A stretch of DNA of 64,000 bases from an uncultured Ignavibacteriales bacterium (GTDB lineage Bacteria > Bacteroidota > Ignavibacteria > Ignavibacteriales > Melioribacteraceae), in the NCBI GenBank assembly GCA_963704835.1, contig CAVPHW010000020.1, positions 282,820 through 346,819 on the forward strand, in the 5' to 3' direction. Both the position numbers and the translations under genes were made by a program. The notes under the pieces are model-generated. The model did no database searches. It saw only the letters and a program-made list of their open reading frames with translations, and had not been told where the DNA came from. This document shows, in pieces, positions 61,762 through 64,000 of the stretch (positions are counted from its first letter, which is position 1; every line of letters starts with the position of its first letter).

Positions 61762-62702
61762 AAAAGAAACTTGCGGTAGTAGCTTTAGGTGGAAATGCAC
61801 TATTAAGAGGTAATGAAATAGGTACGATTGACGAACAAGAAAAGAATACTTTCGATACTTGTAAGCAGATTGTTGATCTAATTAAGAAAGATTTTAATAT
61901 TATCATTACTCACGGAAATGGACCGCAAGTTGGAAATATTTTACTTAGGAACGAAGCTGGATATGATAAATATAAAATTCCTCAAATGCCTATGGATATT
62001 TGTGTTGCTGATTCTCAAGGTGGAATTGGCTACATGATAGAAAGGATGATGAGAAATGTACTTACAGAAGAAAAAATTAAGAAAAATGTAGTTACATTGG
62101 TAACGCAAGTATTGGTAGATAAAAAGGACCCAGCTTTTGAAAACCCAACAAAACCAGTTGGACCATTCTATCTTAAGGAAGAAGCTGATTTGCTGACAAA
62201 GAAAAATGGTTGGATATTTAAAAAAGACCCACGGAATAGGGGATGGAGAAAAGTTGTTGCTTCACCAAACCCAATTAAAATAATGAACCAGGAAGTTATC
62301 AAATCAATTGCAAATAAAGGAACAATAGTTATTGCAGTTGGTGGTGGTGGTGTTCCTGTTTATAAACATGAAAATGGTTACTTAGAGGCAATTGAAGCAG
62401 TTATTGATAAAGATTTAGCTTCATCTGTGCTAGCTAAGGAAATTGGGGCTGATAAATTTTATATTATTACAGATGTCCCTAAAGTATATGTTAATTTTAA
62501 TAAGAAAAATCAAAAAGCACTAAACAAAGTAAAAATTACAACTCTGGAAAAATACCTTAAAAATGAAGAATTTGGTGCTGGTAGCATGGGTCCTAAAATA
62601 AAAGCCGCAATTAAATTTTCAAGTTCAACAGGGAATGAAAGTATAATTACAGATACAAATAGTTTGAGTATCCCAGGCTGTGGAACGCGCATTTCTGCAT
62701 AA
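61758..62702 (+). CDS. arcC: carbamate kinase
   Basis: 314 aa with VVALGGNALL, THGNGPQVG and GGGGVPV motifs. The ATGA overlap with the upstream gene indicates coupling. Confidence 0.93.
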   Translation: MKKKLAVVALGGNALLRGNEIGTIDEQEKNTFDTCKQIVDLIKKDFNIIITHGNGPQVGNILLRNEAGYDKYKIPQMPMDICVADSQGGIGYMIERMMRNVLTEEKIKKNVVTLVTQVLVDKKDPAFENPTKPVGPFYLKEEADLLTKKNGWIFKKDPRNRGWRKVVASPNPIKIMNQEVIKSIANKGTIVIAVGGGGVPVYKHENGYLEAIEAVIDKDLASSVLAKEIGADKFYIITDVPKVYVNFNKKNQKALNKVKITTLEKYLKNEEFGAGSMGPKIKAAIKFSSSTGNESIITDTNSLSIPGCGTRISA

Positions 62703-62739
62703 TAAATCTTTTTCTCATATAATAAGTCATGTTTTATTA

Positions 62740-62766
62740 AAAAAGAGCTTTCCAGCTCTTTTTTAA
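62740..62766 (+). terminator. intrinsic terminator
   Basis: AAAAGAGCT-TTCC-AGCTCTTTT hairpin (62741-62762) followed by a T-run. Confidence 0.8.
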
Positions 62767-62877
62767 TTTTTATTTGATAATTATTTTACTAATTTTAAAT
62801 CCCAAAAGATATAATCGTATCTTATTATTTCATTTCGTTGTCGCATAACATTTATAAACTACTCTAAAGGTATAGTA

Positions 62878-64000
62878 TTGAAAACACTTCAAAGTAATGA
62901 AATAATACTTGGGGCGCAGATGCTTTTTGTTGCATTTGGTGCACTCGTTTTAGTTCCTCTATTAACCGGACTTGATCCTTCAATTGCGCTTTTCACCGCT
63001 GGTGGCGGTACTTTAATCTTTCAGTTAATTACAAAAAGGACTGTGCCAATATTTTTAGCAAGTTCTTTTGCTTTTATTGCACCCATTCAGATTGGTATTA
63101 ATGAATTTGGACTAGCAGCAACATTGGGTGGCTTAGCAAGTGCAGGGATCGTATATATTGTACTTTCTACGTTGGTAAAAATTCAAGGAATAAAAGTTAT
63201 TGAAAAGTATCTTCCACCGATAGTTACTGGCCCAGTAATAATGGTTATCGGTTTAAAGCTCGCTCCTGTTGCAGTTGGAATGACAAAGAACTTTGATGGC
63301 AGTACCGAAATAAATTCTACAGCAATATTGGTAGCTCTATTTACTTTAAGTCTTACAGTATTTGTTGTTTTAAAAGCCAAAGGGATGCTAAAATTGATTC
63401 CAATTATTTGCGGAATTGCCGGTGGCTACTTATTATCAGTAATTTTGGGTGAAGTTAGTTATCAACCGATTATGGACGCAAAATGGTTCTCTATTCCATG
63501 GATTGAAGCCATGAATACGGGAACTTATCAATTTCCAGTTTTTGAATTAGCTGCAATTCTTTTTATTCTACCAGTTGCAATTGCTCCAGCAATAGAACAT
63601 GTTGGGGACATAATTGCAATTTCTGAAGCATCTGGAAAAGACTATTTAGAAAAACCGGGTTTGCACAAAACTTTATTAGGTGATGGTATAGCTACAATTT
63701 TTGCCTCCTTTTTAGGTGGTCCACCAAATACAACATATTCTGAAGTTACTGGAGCCGTTGCACTAATTAAAAAATTTGAACCAAGGTTAATGACAATTGC
63801 TGCCATATTTGCTATACTATTAGCATTTTTTGGCAAATTAGGAGCTGCTCTGAAAACAATTCCAATCCCAGTAATGGGTGGAATTATGGTCTTACTTTTT
63901 GGAATGATTGCGGCAATAGGTATTGGATCATTAGTAAAAAATAAAGTTGATATGTCAATACCAAGAAATTTGGTGATTGTTGCAGTTGTTCTTGTTTTTG
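62878..64000 (+). CDS. NCS2 family nucleobase permease (uracil/xanthine permease-like), 3' end outside window
   Basis: The open frame runs from TTG 62878 (or ATG 62920) to the window end and is not in the ORF track because it is unterminated. It reads LGAQMLFVAFGALVLVPLLTG...IFLASSFAFIAP...PPIVTGPVIMVIGLKLAPVA, which is UraA/PyrP-like. Confidence 0.85.
   Translation, partial: MKTLQSNEIILGAQMLFVAFGALVLVPLLTGLDPSIALFTAGGGTLIFQLITKRTVPIFLASSFAFIAPIQIGINEFGLAATLGGLASAGIVYIVLSTLVKIQGIKVIEKYLPPIVTGPVIMVIGLKLAPVAVGMTKNFDGSTEINSTAILVALFTLSLTVFVVLKAKGMLKLIPIICGIAGGYLLSVILGEVSYQPIMDAKWFSIPWIEAMNTGTYQFPVFELAAILFILPVAIAPAIEHVGDIIAISEASGKDYLEKPGLHKTLLGDGIATIFASFLGGPPNTTYSEVTGAVALIKKFEPRLMTIAAIFAILLAFFGKLGAALKTIPIPVMGGIMVLLFGMIAAIGIGSLVKNKVDMSIPRNLVIVAVVLVF

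Noticed and set aside
62767-62877. Purine riboswitch ahead of the NCS2 permease
   Set aside because: There is no three-way-junction consensus (no conserved TATA...loop-loop motifs). The sequence is AT-rich and unstructured.

Overview
Strongly AT-rich bacterial chromosomal window. It has tightly packed, mostly plus-strand operons and several proteins ending in the NYPNPFNPTTTI type IX secretion (T9SS) C-terminal domain. Together with a TPP-riboswitch-controlled TonB-dependent receptor, this suggests the Fibrobacteres-Chlorobi-Bacteroidetes group, probably Ignavibacteria-like (inference only). 1-16 kb and 25-39 kb are ordinary housekeeping: pheST, zapA, rny, coaE, tsaD, mltG, ftcD, an AsmA-family gene, maf, icd, an EF-G paralog, thyX-folA, mutL and an acyl-CoA mutase. 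RNA elements are a candidate 6S-like RNA between zapA and rny, and a clear TPP riboswitch with an attenuator ahead of a receptor / thiamine pyrophosphokinase / Na-solute symporter operon. Accessory content includes two T9SS cargo genes (one badly fragmented) and a cst-like sulfide detoxification cluster. The most interesting region is 44-64 kb, an island resembling the E. coli yge/ygf/yqe 'selenium-dependent molybdenum hydroxylase / anaerobic purine catabolism' neighbourhood. It carries SsnA-like, YgeY-like, YgeW/AOTCase-like, cyclic amidohydrolase, MocA-like, carbamate kinase and NCS2 permease genes, but two different PLP enzymes stand where YgeX would be. A GIY-YIG cassette flanked by inverted repeats is inserted in it. 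At least ten frame breaks or nonsense codons fall almost entirely in accessory genes, which indicates either real gene decay or indel-prone sequencing. No rRNA, tRNA, CRISPR array, transposase or integrase was seen.
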